Source: an uncultured bacterium
Lineage (GTDB): Bacteria > Cyanobacteriota > Vampirovibrionia > Gastranaerophilales > Gastranaerophilaceae
DNA length: 64,000 nucleotides
Reading direction: 5' to 3'
Assembly (NCBI GenBank): GCA_949290355.1
Contig: CASERN010000011.1
Coordinates: forward strand, 669,865-733,864
Part shown: positions 19,503 to 28,540 of the stretch, piece by piece
Layout of the letters: every line of letters begins with the position of its first letter
Numbering within the stretch: position 1 is the first letter of the stretch
The notes under the pieces: model-generated
Databases searched by the model: none
Told to the model about the DNA's origin: nothing
Seen by the model: the letters and a program-made list of their open reading frames with translations, nothing else
Program-made: the position numbers and the translations under genes

Positions 19503-20298
19503 CTTTACCACCTTTTACAACATATAAGTCTGAATAAAATTCATCTTGTTGAAGTTCATAATCTGTTTCTGCTGTTAAAAACAGTAATGCAATATACGCA
19601 CTAATTTTATCCATTCCTAATAAAGTTAATTCATTTAATTCTATTTTTTCATTTTTTTCAAAAATTTGACCCAAATTTTCTTTTAAAGTCAAAACGCATG
19701 TTTCAATATATTCCTCATGAGCTAAATTAACAATATCATCAGGAGTTAGTCTTGAATATGATTGAACACGTCTTTTAGCTCTTTCATGAGCGCTTTTTAA
19801 TGATTGTTTCTGCTCAAGTTTTTCATAAAATTCTAATTGCCTTATTAAATCTTTTAAAGTAACAACTCTATTATGATTCAATCTTACACTTGTCCTTCTT
19901 TGAAGGACTTCGTCAATAGAAATAACGTTATTTGTCGGGACATAATCTTCTTCGCCATAATCAACAATAAAACCGTCATCGTCATATTGAATTTCCGGTT
20001 CATCAGGCTCAAATTGCATTATGTCTATACCCTCTAGAACATTTGATTTTAATTTTAACAAAACAGCAGCAAATAAAAATGTTCTTCCTGTAACTCTCAA
20101 ATTTTGTGATTTCATTTGAACCATATGAGCAAGATATTTATCTGTTACATCAACAATATCAATATTCCAAGGATCTATTTTGCCGGCTTTGGCCATATCG
20201 ACCAAAATACCAATCCCTTCACTTTTAGGCTTGCGATCTTTTGATAAGCCTAAATCAGGTAGATCCAAATTATAATTTAATGCTGCCTCTGTACTCAT
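19471..20298 (-). CDS. scpA: Segregation and condensation protein A (kleisin)
   Basis: Its size and motifs (IDPWNIDIVDVTDKYL, FLFAAVLLKLKS) are typical of ScpA. It starts 7 nt after the smc stop. Confidence 0.8.
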   Translation of the reverse strand: MSTEAALNYNLDLPDLGLSKDRKPKSEGIGILVDMAKAGKIDPWNIDIVDVTDKYLAHMVQMKSQNLRVTGRTFLFAAVLLKLKSNVLEGIDIMQFEPDEPEIQYDDDGFIVDYGEEDYVPTNNVISIDEVLQRRTSVRLNHNRVVTLKDLIRQLEFYEKLEQKQSLKSAHERAKRRVQSYSRLTPDDIVNLAHEEYIETCVLTLKENLGQIFEKNEKIELNELTLLGMDKISAYIALLFLTAETDYELQQDEFYSDLYVVKGGKDENRAVEIAN

Positions 20299-20305
20299 AT
20301 CCTAA

Positions 20306-23300
20306 TTATTCGTCCCTTAGTTTTATACCTGTAACTTTAGTTATTCCTTTTTCTTTTTGGGTAACACCTAAAGTTCTATTAGCTGATTCTATCATAGGTT
20401 TTCTATGACTAACTACTATAAATTGCGTATCTTTTGATTGGTTCTGCACCATTTGGGCGATACGTTCGACGTTCATTGTATCCAAGCTAGCATCTACTTC
20501 ATCAAATGCGTAGAATGGAGATGGCATATATCTTTGTATTGCGAATACAAATGCAAGTGCTGTTAATGATTTTTCTCCACCTGACATACTTTCTAGTCTT
20601 TGCAGTTTTTTATCTCTAGGCTGAGCTTCGATTGTCATACCTCCAGATAAAGGATCTTCCGGACATTCAAGTTTTAATTCTCCTTCACCTTCTGAGAGTT
20701 GATGGAATACTTCTTTAAAGTTTTCGTTTATGTGATTATATGTTTTCATAAACGTTTCTTTTTTTAATTGTTCATAACCTTGCATTCTTTCAAGAATTTC
20801 TTTTCTTTCTTTTGAAAGAGTGTCTATCTGTTGTTTTAATTCTTCTTGTCTCGCAAGTACTTCATCATATGCAGCTATAGCTCGCATATTTACATCCCCT
20901 AATTCTGCCATTCTTTTTTCAAGACGCTGGATTTTTGATGTAATTTCTTCTATAGAAATTTCTACAGGTGCTAATTTATTAATATCCTCGCCTGCATCTT
21001 CTAATTCTTTTCTTGCAGTTTCTAACTGCGGCTCAAGTTCTCTTCTTCTCGCTTTGAAAGATTCTATTTGTTCTGCTGTTTTTTCAATATCAGAAATTTT
21101 TATATGTTTTTGTTTTTCCAAATCAATCAAAGTATTATTAATATCTTCACGTTCTTTTAACAATTTGCCGAGCTTTTCTTCTATTTGGACAATTTGTTCA
21201 TGAAGTTCTTCTTTTTTCTTATTAACTTCTATAATTTCATTTTTGTAACGATCTTTATCTTCTTCAAGTTTCTTATTATTATGTTCTATATTTGTAATTT
21301 CTTCTTCTTTGGTTTCTATAAGGTTTTGATGGAAAGAAATTTGACGATTTATTTCATTTTTGTCATTATCAGCTGTCATCAATTTTGTTTGGAGGCGTTT
21401 AATTTCAGATTCAACCCCTTCAGTTTTTTCTTTTAAATCCTTCAAGTCTTTGTCATTGATAAGTTTTTCGACTTCTTCAATTTCCTCTTGACATACAGTC
21501 ATTTCATCATATATTTTAACATTTTTTTCTTCAAGTTTATCAAGTTTTTTATTGATCTCAACAATTTTAGGCTCTGTTTGAGCTACGAAATCAGCTTTTT
21601 CTTTTAAAATATTTTCACTGTTTTCGTAATTTTCTTTCATATTATTAAGTTCAATTCTTGAAGAATTAAATTCATTCATCGAATCAGAGTATTTACCTCT
21701 TACATCTTCAAGTTTTTCTTCTAAAGAAGACTTTTTATTTTCTAATGAACCAAGTTTTTGTTCCATTTCTTTCAAGCGGTCTTTGAATTTATTAAGTTCA
21801 TCATCATCATTTTGACTAAAACTTAAACCAGTTCTGAGTCTTGTCCCTCCAGTCATAGAACCGGACTTTTCTAATAATTCCCCTTGAAGAGTAACCATCC
21901 TGTATTTACCAATAAGTTTTTTAGCACATTCTAGGTCTTCAACAACTATTGTATCCCCTACTGCATAGAAAAATGCATCTATATACTCATCGTCAAAATC
22001 AACAAGATTTATTGCAAAATCTATAACTCCCTTGTCCTTTGGTAATTGTAAACGTGTTGGAGCTTTTTTTATTTTGTTTAAAGGTATAAATGTTGCTCTT
22101 CCTGCATTTGATGATTTTAAAAGCTCAATTGCTACACCAGCAACATGTTCATCGTCAACTACGATATGTGCCATTCTTCCGCCGAATGCGACTTCCATAG
22201 CAATTGAATATTCTTTGTCAACGCTTCCTAATTGTACTAATGGAGCATGTACACCTCTTAATTTCGCATTCATTATTGTATCAACTGCTCTCCCGAAGTT
22301 TGCATCTTCTGCAGCTTGTTTTTTAGCTTCCATTGATGAAATTTTTCTATAAGCCATTTGAATGTTATAATTCAAATCATTTATTTCATTTTTTGTTATA
22401 TCGAGGTCATGAAGAGTATTTTGTTGAATAATTTTCAAATCATTCATTTCTTTTTGCAATTGCTCTACCAGAGTTTTTTTCAAATCTTGATCAGAAGCAA
22501 AATTAGCTTTCAATTCATTTAGTTCTTGTAATTTAGCCTTCGCTTCTTCGAGTTCTTTTTGAAGATTTTTTAGTTCATTTTCTAATGGGAGCTTTGTTTG
22601 AATAATTTTAGTTTCTTCGTCTTTCAAATCCTCTAGCTGTTTTCGTAAATTGTTGCGTTTTTCGATATGTTGATCAGCAGTAGCATTCAATCCTGTCATA
22701 TCTTCTAGGATTTTTTTTAATTCTGCTTCTTTAGTTTTTGTATTTTCTTTTATTATATTAATTTCATCATCTTTTAGTTTTATTTTTAATTTAAAATCTT
22801 CAATTTTCTTTTTAAAATTTTCTATACCGTTTTTAGCATTTTCAATTGAGCGCAGCCCATCATGAATCTGTTTGTCTGCATAATTAGATGCATTATTTTT
22901 ACGGTCTATTTCTCCTTTTAGACTTTCTTCTTGTTTTATTAATTCTATTCTTTGAGATTCACCTTTTTCTTTTACTAATTCAGAAATTTTTTGGTATTCT
23001 TTTTTTATTAGATTTAATCTTTCCTCTAGATCTTTATTTTCTAATTCTTGTTCTTTTTTCTTTTTGGTAAATTCCAGAATGTTTTCATGAGCTTTTTCCA
23101 AATTTCTTCTGATATCAAAAAAGCGAACTTTGTTTATTTGGCTTTCTAAACCTTGTTTTTCTTCTCTAAGAGTTTGATATTTTAAAGCAACTTCTCTTTC
23201 TTCTTTTAGTTGTTCGAGTCTGTTGTCTACTTCATTTAAAATAACAGATGACCTTTCTACTCTTTGTTCAACTGTTTCAAGTTCTCCTGTTGCTTGTTCA

Positions 23301-23803
23301 ATACGTCTGTCGAAGTCTGCAATACCTGCAATCTCGTCAATAATTTTGCGTCGATTTTTGGGGGAACAGTTCGTAATCCCCATTACATCTCCCTGCATCA
23401 TTACGTTATAACTGTTTGGGGTTACATTATATTTTTCAAGAACAGCATGGACATTTGTTAATGTTGTAACGCTGTCATTTATGTAATAAGTACTGGCATA
23501 TCCTTGAGAAGTTTTTCTTATTCGTCTGCCTATGCTTAGATCTTCTCCATTTTCAGTTTCGCCGAATGTAACTTTTACAAATGCCTCGTTTCTTTTAGTA
23601 TAGGTAGAAATAAAATGGGATAAATTTTCTGCACGTAACTCACTTGCGTTTGCCAATCCTAAAGCAAACAGGACGCTGTCTATGATATTACTCTTCCCAG
23701 ATCCGTTAGGCCCAGAGACAGTCGTAAATCCTTTTAACAGCGGGATTTCTGATTTATTTGCAAATGATTTAAAATTATCAATTTCAAGTTGTTTTATGTA
23801 CAT
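20306..23803 (-). CDS. smc: Chromosome partition protein SMC
   Basis: 1165 aa with Walker A GPNGSGKSN, long coiled coils and a central hinge. The signature motif is MSGGEKSL and Walker B is FYAFDEVDASLD. Confidence 0.95.
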   Translation of the reverse strand: MYIKQLEIDNFKSFANKSEIPLLKGFTTVSGPNGSGKSNIIDSVLFALGLANASELRAENLSHFISTYTKRNEAFVKVTFGETENGEDLSIGRRIRKTSQGYASTYYINDSVTTLTNVHAVLEKYNVTPNSYNVMMQGDVMGITNCSPKNRRKIIDEIAGIADFDRRIEQATGELETVEQRVERSSVILNEVDNRLEQLKEEREVALKYQTLREEKQGLESQINKVRFFDIRRNLEKAHENILEFTKKKKEQELENKDLEERLNLIKKEYQKISELVKEKGESQRIELIKQEESLKGEIDRKNNASNYADKQIHDGLRSIENAKNGIENFKKKIEDFKLKIKLKDDEINIIKENTKTKEAELKKILEDMTGLNATADQHIEKRNNLRKQLEDLKDEETKIIQTKLPLENELKNLQKELEEAKAKLQELNELKANFASDQDLKKTLVEQLQKEMNDLKIIQQNTLHDLDITKNEINDLNYNIQMAYRKISSMEAKKQAAEDANFGRAVDTIMNAKLRGVHAPLVQLGSVDKEYSIAMEVAFGGRMAHIVVDDEHVAGVAIELLKSSNAGRATFIPLNKIKKAPTRLQLPKDKGVIDFAINLVDFDDEYIDAFFYAVGDTIVVEDLECAKKLIGKYRMVTLQGELLEKSGSMTGGTRLRTGLSFSQNDDDELNKFKDRLKEMEQKLGSLENKKSSLEEKLEDVRGKYSDSMNEFNSSRIELNNMKENYENSENILKEKADFVAQTEPKIVEINKKLDKLEEKNVKIYDEMTVCQEEIEEVEKLINDKDLKDLKEKTEGVESEIKRLQTKLMTADNDKNEINRQISFHQNLIETKEEEITNIEHNNKKLEEDKDRYKNEIIEVNKKKEELHEQIVQIEEKLGKLLKEREDINNTLIDLEKQKHIKISDIEKTAEQIESFKARRRELEPQLETARKELEDAGEDINKLAPVEISIEEITSKIQRLEKRMAELGDVNMRAIAAYDEVLARQEELKQQIDTLSKERKEILERMQGYEQLKKETFMKTYNHINENFKEVFHQLSEGEGELKLECPEDPLSGGMTIEAQPRDKKLQRLESMSGGEKSLTALAFVFAIQRYMPSPFYAFDEVDASLDTMNVERIAQMVQNQSKDTQFIVVSHRKPMIESANRTLGVTQKEKGITKVTGIKLRDE

Positions 23804-23914
23804 ATATTCCTACCAAGTCTTATTATCTATTGAACAACAACTTTTATGACATGTCAAAAGATTAAATAAATCTTTACGTTTGCCAATAATCGGAATTAAT
23901 GTTATTATTGATAT

Positions 23915-25774
23915 ATGTTGGATTTTAAAGAACAAAATGATAAAGAAAGAGTTTTCTTTGAAAAAGATTTTTCTGGTGTGAATATTCTTTTACATAGAAT
24001 TAGAAATTCTTTGATAACTGGTATTCCTATAGTTATAGACGATTTAGATCTGCCGATTACTTATGATAGATCAGAGACTTTGGTATATATTACACTTTTC
24101 CAATCAGGTCAAAAATATATTCGTTATGGAAGTAAAAGAGCTGATTTGGTAACTACTCTTAATCGTGATATAGAAATGCTTCGTAAAAATAAAAAAATTA
24201 GTAATTTTTCAGTAGATGATGCAACTTTATGCAGAATAATGCTTGAATATGTAATAGACAGAAAAAAAATATCTCCAAAAGAATTAAATTCTGAAAGATT
24301 TGATAATGGAAGATTTGAGATAGGAATAAATGGACTTGAATTAAGAAAAGATGGTGTTTCTTATTATTACATGCCAACAGATGCTATTGCATTAAGTCAT
24401 ATGGGACTTAGAGCTGTGTTGCAAACTTTAGTTAGAAAAACACCTATCGCAAAATTATCTAATAGTATTTCTGAAAGATTAAAGATTCTAGCTGAATCAA
24501 AAGATTATGAATATTATTTATTTAAAAGCAGAGCTTTTGTTTCTTATAAAGATGAATGCATTCCTCTTTATCGCGGGAATATTCGTTATACAGACTTCAA
24601 TTATGATGTTTTATACAATCAAGTAATAAAATCTGCAGACTGGCTTCTTGAAAATATGTATGATGATGGTCGTTTCCTTTATTATTATGATTGTTGTGAT
24701 GATACATATAAAGATCATGAACATCCAAACAGACCTGAAAATAATCTTTATTATAATGATTTAAGACACTGTGGCGGGATAATCTCTCTAATTAGAGCTT
24801 ATGAACTTACTTCTGACGAAAGATATATCAAAGCTGCGAAAAAAGCTGTTGATTGGAGTATTTCTGTATCAAGATCTCATGATACCAGATGGGGTAAGGC
24901 TTATTATGCATATTATAATAATAAAGCAAAGCTTGGAGGAACAGGAGTTTTGCTTGTTGCGATGATGCAATACAGGTCTTTTACTGGAGATAAATCTTAT
25001 GATGAATATATAAAAGGTTACGTTTGTCATATATTGAGCAGAGTATATGAAAATGGAGAAATTTTAGGATATTATATTCATCCTAAATTCCATAATGGAG
25101 AACCGTTAATTAATATGACAGATGAAGAAAGAAAAGCAACTTTTTCTTTCTATTATCCAGGGGAGGCTTTGCTTGGATTAGCTCTTTTCGCTAATAATTT
25201 TTTAGATGATGAAGGATTAGCAAAAGAAGTTAGAAAAATTGCTAAAAAGGCTCTTGATTGGATTGTAGATGAAAGACCTCATATATATTCTGATTTATTT
25301 ACGGCTTTACCATCTGATGCTTGGCTTATGCAAGCAATAGAGGAGTGGGTAAAAGATAAGAATTTCAGAAGGGATAATTATATTAATTTTGTATTTAATG
25401 ATGCAGCAACTATGGTTGATAAAATGTATAAGCGAGATGATTCTCCATATATAGACTATGAGGGCGGGTATTATTATGAATATGGAGATCATTATTATCC
25501 AGATGGTGCTCGTTCTGAAGGTTTGGTTGCAGCATATTATCTCGCGAGGTATTTAGGAAGAACTGCTTTAGCTGAAAAATTACTTAATGCATGTAAAAAA
25601 GCTGCTATGTGTCAATTCCACTTATTTAACAATGAATTAAATAATTATTCTCATAAAAATCCTGCTCGTTCTTTAAATACTATTAGATTTAAAGCGACAA
25701 GACAATGGGTAAGAGTTGATTCTATCCAGCATGTAGCTTGTTTCTTTGCTCGTTTATATAAAGCAGAAAATTGA
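23915..25774 (+). CDS. Hypothetical protein, possible alpha/alpha-toroid (six-hairpin) fold in the C-terminal two thirds
   Basis: 619-aa ORF. Repeated helical segments (GGIISLIRAYELT, GTGVLLVAMMQY, YYPGEALLGLALFA, SEGLVAAYYLARY) resemble six-hairpin glycosidase or prenyltransferase-like folds. This is a weak pattern call only. Confidence 0.45.
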   Translation: MLDFKEQNDKERVFFEKDFSGVNILLHRIRNSLITGIPIVIDDLDLPITYDRSETLVYITLFQSGQKYIRYGSKRADLVTTLNRDIEMLRKNKKISNFSVDDATLCRIMLEYVIDRKKISPKELNSERFDNGRFEIGINGLELRKDGVSYYYMPTDAIALSHMGLRAVLQTLVRKTPIAKLSNSISERLKILAESKDYEYYLFKSRAFVSYKDECIPLYRGNIRYTDFNYDVLYNQVIKSADWLLENMYDDGRFLYYYDCCDDTYKDHEHPNRPENNLYYNDLRHCGGIISLIRAYELTSDERYIKAAKKAVDWSISVSRSHDTRWGKAYYAYYNNKAKLGGTGVLLVAMMQYRSFTGDKSYDEYIKGYVCHILSRVYENGEILGYYIHPKFHNGEPLINMTDEERKATFSFYYPGEALLGLALFANNFLDDEGLAKEVRKIAKKALDWIVDERPHIYSDLFTALPSDAWLMQAIEEWVKDKNFRRDNYINFVFNDAATMVDKMYKRDDSPYIDYEGGYYYEYGDHYYPDGARSEGLVAAYYLARYLGRTALAEKLLNACKKAAMCQFHLFNNELNNYSHKNPARSLNTIRFKATRQWVRVDSIQHVACFFARLYKAEN

Positions 25775-25791
25775 AAATCTTTATGTATAAT

Positions 25792-25826
25792 AAAACAAAG
25801 CCTCATATTTTATGAGGCTTTGTTTT
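25792..25826. terminator. Bidirectional rho-independent terminator between convergent genes
   Basis: Perfect 16-bp stem AAAACAAAGCCTCATA/TATGAGGCTTTGTTTT with a 3-nt loop. A/T runs lie on both sides. Confidence 0.8.
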
Positions 25827-25844
25827 ATATTATTATTAGTTTTC

Positions 25845-27539
25845 TTACTTAATGTTAGAGAAAGTCCAAGCATCAAATGTTGGAGTCTCAGAAATATTCA
25901 TTTCTTTTTTCTTTTCTCCAGTGCAAGAATCATCATGAGCAATAGGTTTATATAACCTATTGTAGTATTCAATTACCATACGATCAGAGTTGAAATATGC
26001 TTCAGAAGTTCTTATAGCTTGTCTCATTAATCGAGTCCATTCTGCTTTATTTTCATAGTAAGTTGGAATTATTTCATTTTCAATTATGTTCATAATGCAG
26101 TCATGATCTTTCCAATGACGTTCTTCCCAAGGCATTTCATCGTCAAGTCCAGGGTATTCAACTGTATAACCATTAATGCCGTTGAATGTTCCCTCTACTG
26201 TCCAACCATCATATATTGATAAGTGTAATGCTCCGTTTGCGTTAGCAGACATGCCAGAAGTACCAGATGCCTCAAATGGTCTTAGCGGAGTATTTAGCCA
26301 AATATCTGAACCTCTTTTTAGTTTGCCGGATAATTCCAATTCATACCCAGGAAGTACGACAACATTTTTCAAGCTGTGTGAACGGTTAAGAAGTTTGTTA
26401 AACATTTCTTTACCCATAACATCATCCGGATGGAATTTACCTGCAAATATGATTTGAATTTTGTTTGAATCTAAAAGTTTATTGATTCTGTCTTTATCCA
26501 TTAGAATCAACCAAGCTCTTTTGTAATCTGCAAATCTTCTTGCCCAAGTGATTGTCAATACATCAGGATCAAATCTTTTTCCTGCAACATTGGCAACATA
26601 TTCAAACAATTCAGCTTTCATTTCTCTTTTTACGGCTAACAATTTTTCAGGATCATTAGCTGCTTCTTTGACTCTTTTATCTTGCCAATAATGAAGGTTT
26701 ACAGCATTTGTAATAGCTCTGATTGGGCATCTGCCTTCAACCCATTCCCACATTTTGTTAGCAACAAGACCATGTAGTTGTGATACAGCATTAGCAATTC
26801 TTGACATTCTTAACGCTGCAACTGTTAATGAGAAGTTTTCTCCACCTAATTGAACTGCAGTTTCTCTAGAACATCCTGCAAAAAATCCGCCTTCCATTAA
26901 AGTATCTACCCAGTGAACTTCATTACCAGCAGCCACAGGAGTATGTGTAGTAAATACAGTCTTCTTTTTAACTTCTTCAAGATTTCCATTGTACTGTCTC
27001 AATAATTCAAATGCTGCAGGAAGTGCATGCCCTTCGTTCATATGAATTACATCAAAGTTGTATCCTACTTTTTGTAGTATTCTTACACCTGCTATACCAA
27101 GAACTGTTTCTTGAGCAATTCTAATTTTTTCATTACCGTCATACAATTTATAAGAAATACTTTTAGCCCAATCACTGTTACCTTCAATATCGGTTGTTAA
27201 AAGATATACAGGACAAGCTCCGAATAATTCTGGTTCAACCAAATAAGCTTTTACTTTAACTTTTTCTCCAAATATATCTACTTCAGTTGATACGTTTAAA
27301 TCTTTCAAAAAATCGTAATATTTTCTTATGTATGCAACTTCGACCTGACCATCATGTGCAATTCTTTGATCATAGTATCCATATGACCATAACATAGTTA
27401 CACCTACCATAGGCATTTGCAAATAACCGGCAGATAACATGTGAGACCCTGCCAAAAATCCTAAACCGCCTGAATATGTCTTTAAAGATTGATCCATTGC
27501 GATTTCCATTGAGAAATATGCTACATTTGGTAATGACAT
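25845..27539 (-). CDS. Alpha-glucan phosphorylase (GT35) homologue, short divergent form lacking the PLP-binding lysine
   Basis: N-terminal VAYFSMEIAM...YSGGLGFLAG. The GT35 signature region reads EASGTSGMSANAN, against EASGxxxMKxx[LM]N as recalled. It is 564 aa. SD is AGAGGAAGG. Confidence 0.75.
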   Translation of the reverse strand: MSLPNVAYFSMEIAMDQSLKTYSGGLGFLAGSHMLSAGYLQMPMVGVTMLWSYGYYDQRIAHDGQVEVAYIRKYYDFLKDLNVSTEVDIFGEKVKVKAYLVEPELFGACPVYLLTTDIEGNSDWAKSISYKLYDGNEKIRIAQETVLGIAGVRILQKVGYNFDVIHMNEGHALPAAFELLRQYNGNLEEVKKKTVFTTHTPVAAGNEVHWVDTLMEGGFFAGCSRETAVQLGGENFSLTVAALRMSRIANAVSQLHGLVANKMWEWVEGRCPIRAITNAVNLHYWQDKRVKEAANDPEKLLAVKREMKAELFEYVANVAGKRFDPDVLTITWARRFADYKRAWLILMDKDRINKLLDSNKIQIIFAGKFHPDDVMGKEMFNKLLNRSHSLKNVVVLPGYELELSGKLKRGSDIWLNTPLRPFEASGTSGMSANANGALHLSIYDGWTVEGTFNGINGYTVEYPGLDDEMPWEERHWKDHDCIMNIIENEIIPTYYENKAEWTRLMRQAIRTSEAYFNSDRMVIEYYNRLYKPIAHDDSCTGEKKKEMNISETPTFDAWTFSNIK

Positions 27540-27766
27540 ATTAACCTTCCTCTTTTTATACTATGTAAACTAAATCCCCCTCGGGGTATACAAATAGCAT
27601 ATCACAAAAAATTCTTAGTCAAATATCATTAGTATAATTTATAAGTCTAATTCTATAGAATTAATCATATGGTGCTATTCTGGCTTTAAAAAACTTAACA
27701 AAACTATTTTTCTTGTAAAAAAATTTTTTTTTGAGTACTTTATTGGGTATCAATTGGAGATTTTTA

Positions 27767-28540
27767 ATGAAGATTTTACCCTTAAATTTGTTGAATAATA
27801 AATATAAAATTAATCGTTCTAAAATAAAAGAACTTGATAAAATTGAAGTTCCAGCTGATTTTTTAAAAAAATCTTATAGTTTTATTATGAAATCTGTTGG
27901 TATCAATGAAGATATTGCTCCTGAATTGGTTATAAAAAATATGCAATCAGATTCTAATATTTCTTATCGACCAGAATTAAACTCATTGATAGTAAATAGT
28001 AAATGCTTAAATTTAAGCAGACCAAGATTGTATTCATTGATAAGACATCAAAGCAAACATGTTGAGCAAGTTTATAATGCTTTTAGAACAGAGGGGTTTA
28101 ATGAAAGAGCAATAAATATAATGGCTGAAAAATCTGAAAAAGCAGCTTTAGTTGATTTTTTTAATATGGTTAACTCTTCTTCTGTTGAGGATTTGACTAA
28201 ATTGTTTAATGATAAAAAAATTAGTTTTGAAGTTTATAAAACTTTAATTGCAGCTAAACAAGCTATTGGCAAAGGTAAAAGTTATTATCAATCTTTTGAG
28301 ACCAAATTATTTAATGCAGAAATACCTTTTGTAAAAAAGAGTTTAAAAAAATTACAGGAAAGTATAATTAAAAGAACAAGTACTATTAAAGAAAATTCAT
28401 TAAAAGCTAAAATTGCGAAAAATGAATTTATATCAATTTTAGATAAAGAAAATTGTGAATTTTTCCCATTATCAGAAATTAGTGCTTATGCTGTAACTTT
28501 TTCTTCTTATATGAAATATCTTATTTCAAAGTGGTTTTAA
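27767..28540 (+). CDS. Hypothetical protein
   Basis: The ATG at 27767 follows SD TGGAGA. I recognise no motifs. The TTG start at 27731 is rejected. Confidence 0.4.
   Translation: MKILPLNLLNNKYKINRSKIKELDKIEVPADFLKKSYSFIMKSVGINEDIAPELVIKNMQSDSNISYRPELNSLIVNSKCLNLSRPRLYSLIRHQSKHVEQVYNAFRTEGFNERAINIMAEKSEKAALVDFFNMVNSSSVEDLTKLFNDKKISFEVYKTLIAAKQAIGKGKSYYQSFETKLFNAEIPFVKKSLKKLQESIIKRTSTIKENSLKAKIAKNEFISILDKENCEFFPLSEISAYAVTFSSYMKYLISKWF

Noticed and set aside
20306-23803. Reading the linked SMC-kleisin-KITE operon as a Wadjet/MksBEF-type defence system.
   Set aside because: The sequences carry canonical Smc, ScpA and ScpB hallmarks, and ScpA and ScpB have the normal 275-aa and 175-aa sizes. There is no JetD/Toprim-like fourth gene. 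Housekeeping condensin is the parsimonious reading.
23847-23856. A perfect 10-bp palindrome, TGACATGTCA, in the divergent smc / 23915 intergenic region, considered as a possible operator.
   Set aside because: By rough estimate, 10-bp palindromes should occur on the order of a hundred times by chance in 64 kb of this composition. I found no second copy and no adjacent regulator.
27575-27595. A CCCCC-TC-GGGG element in the 5' region of the GT35 gene, considered as a possible structured regulatory hairpin.
   Set aside because: A 4-bp stem with a 2-nt loop is sterically implausible, and there is no supporting conservation.
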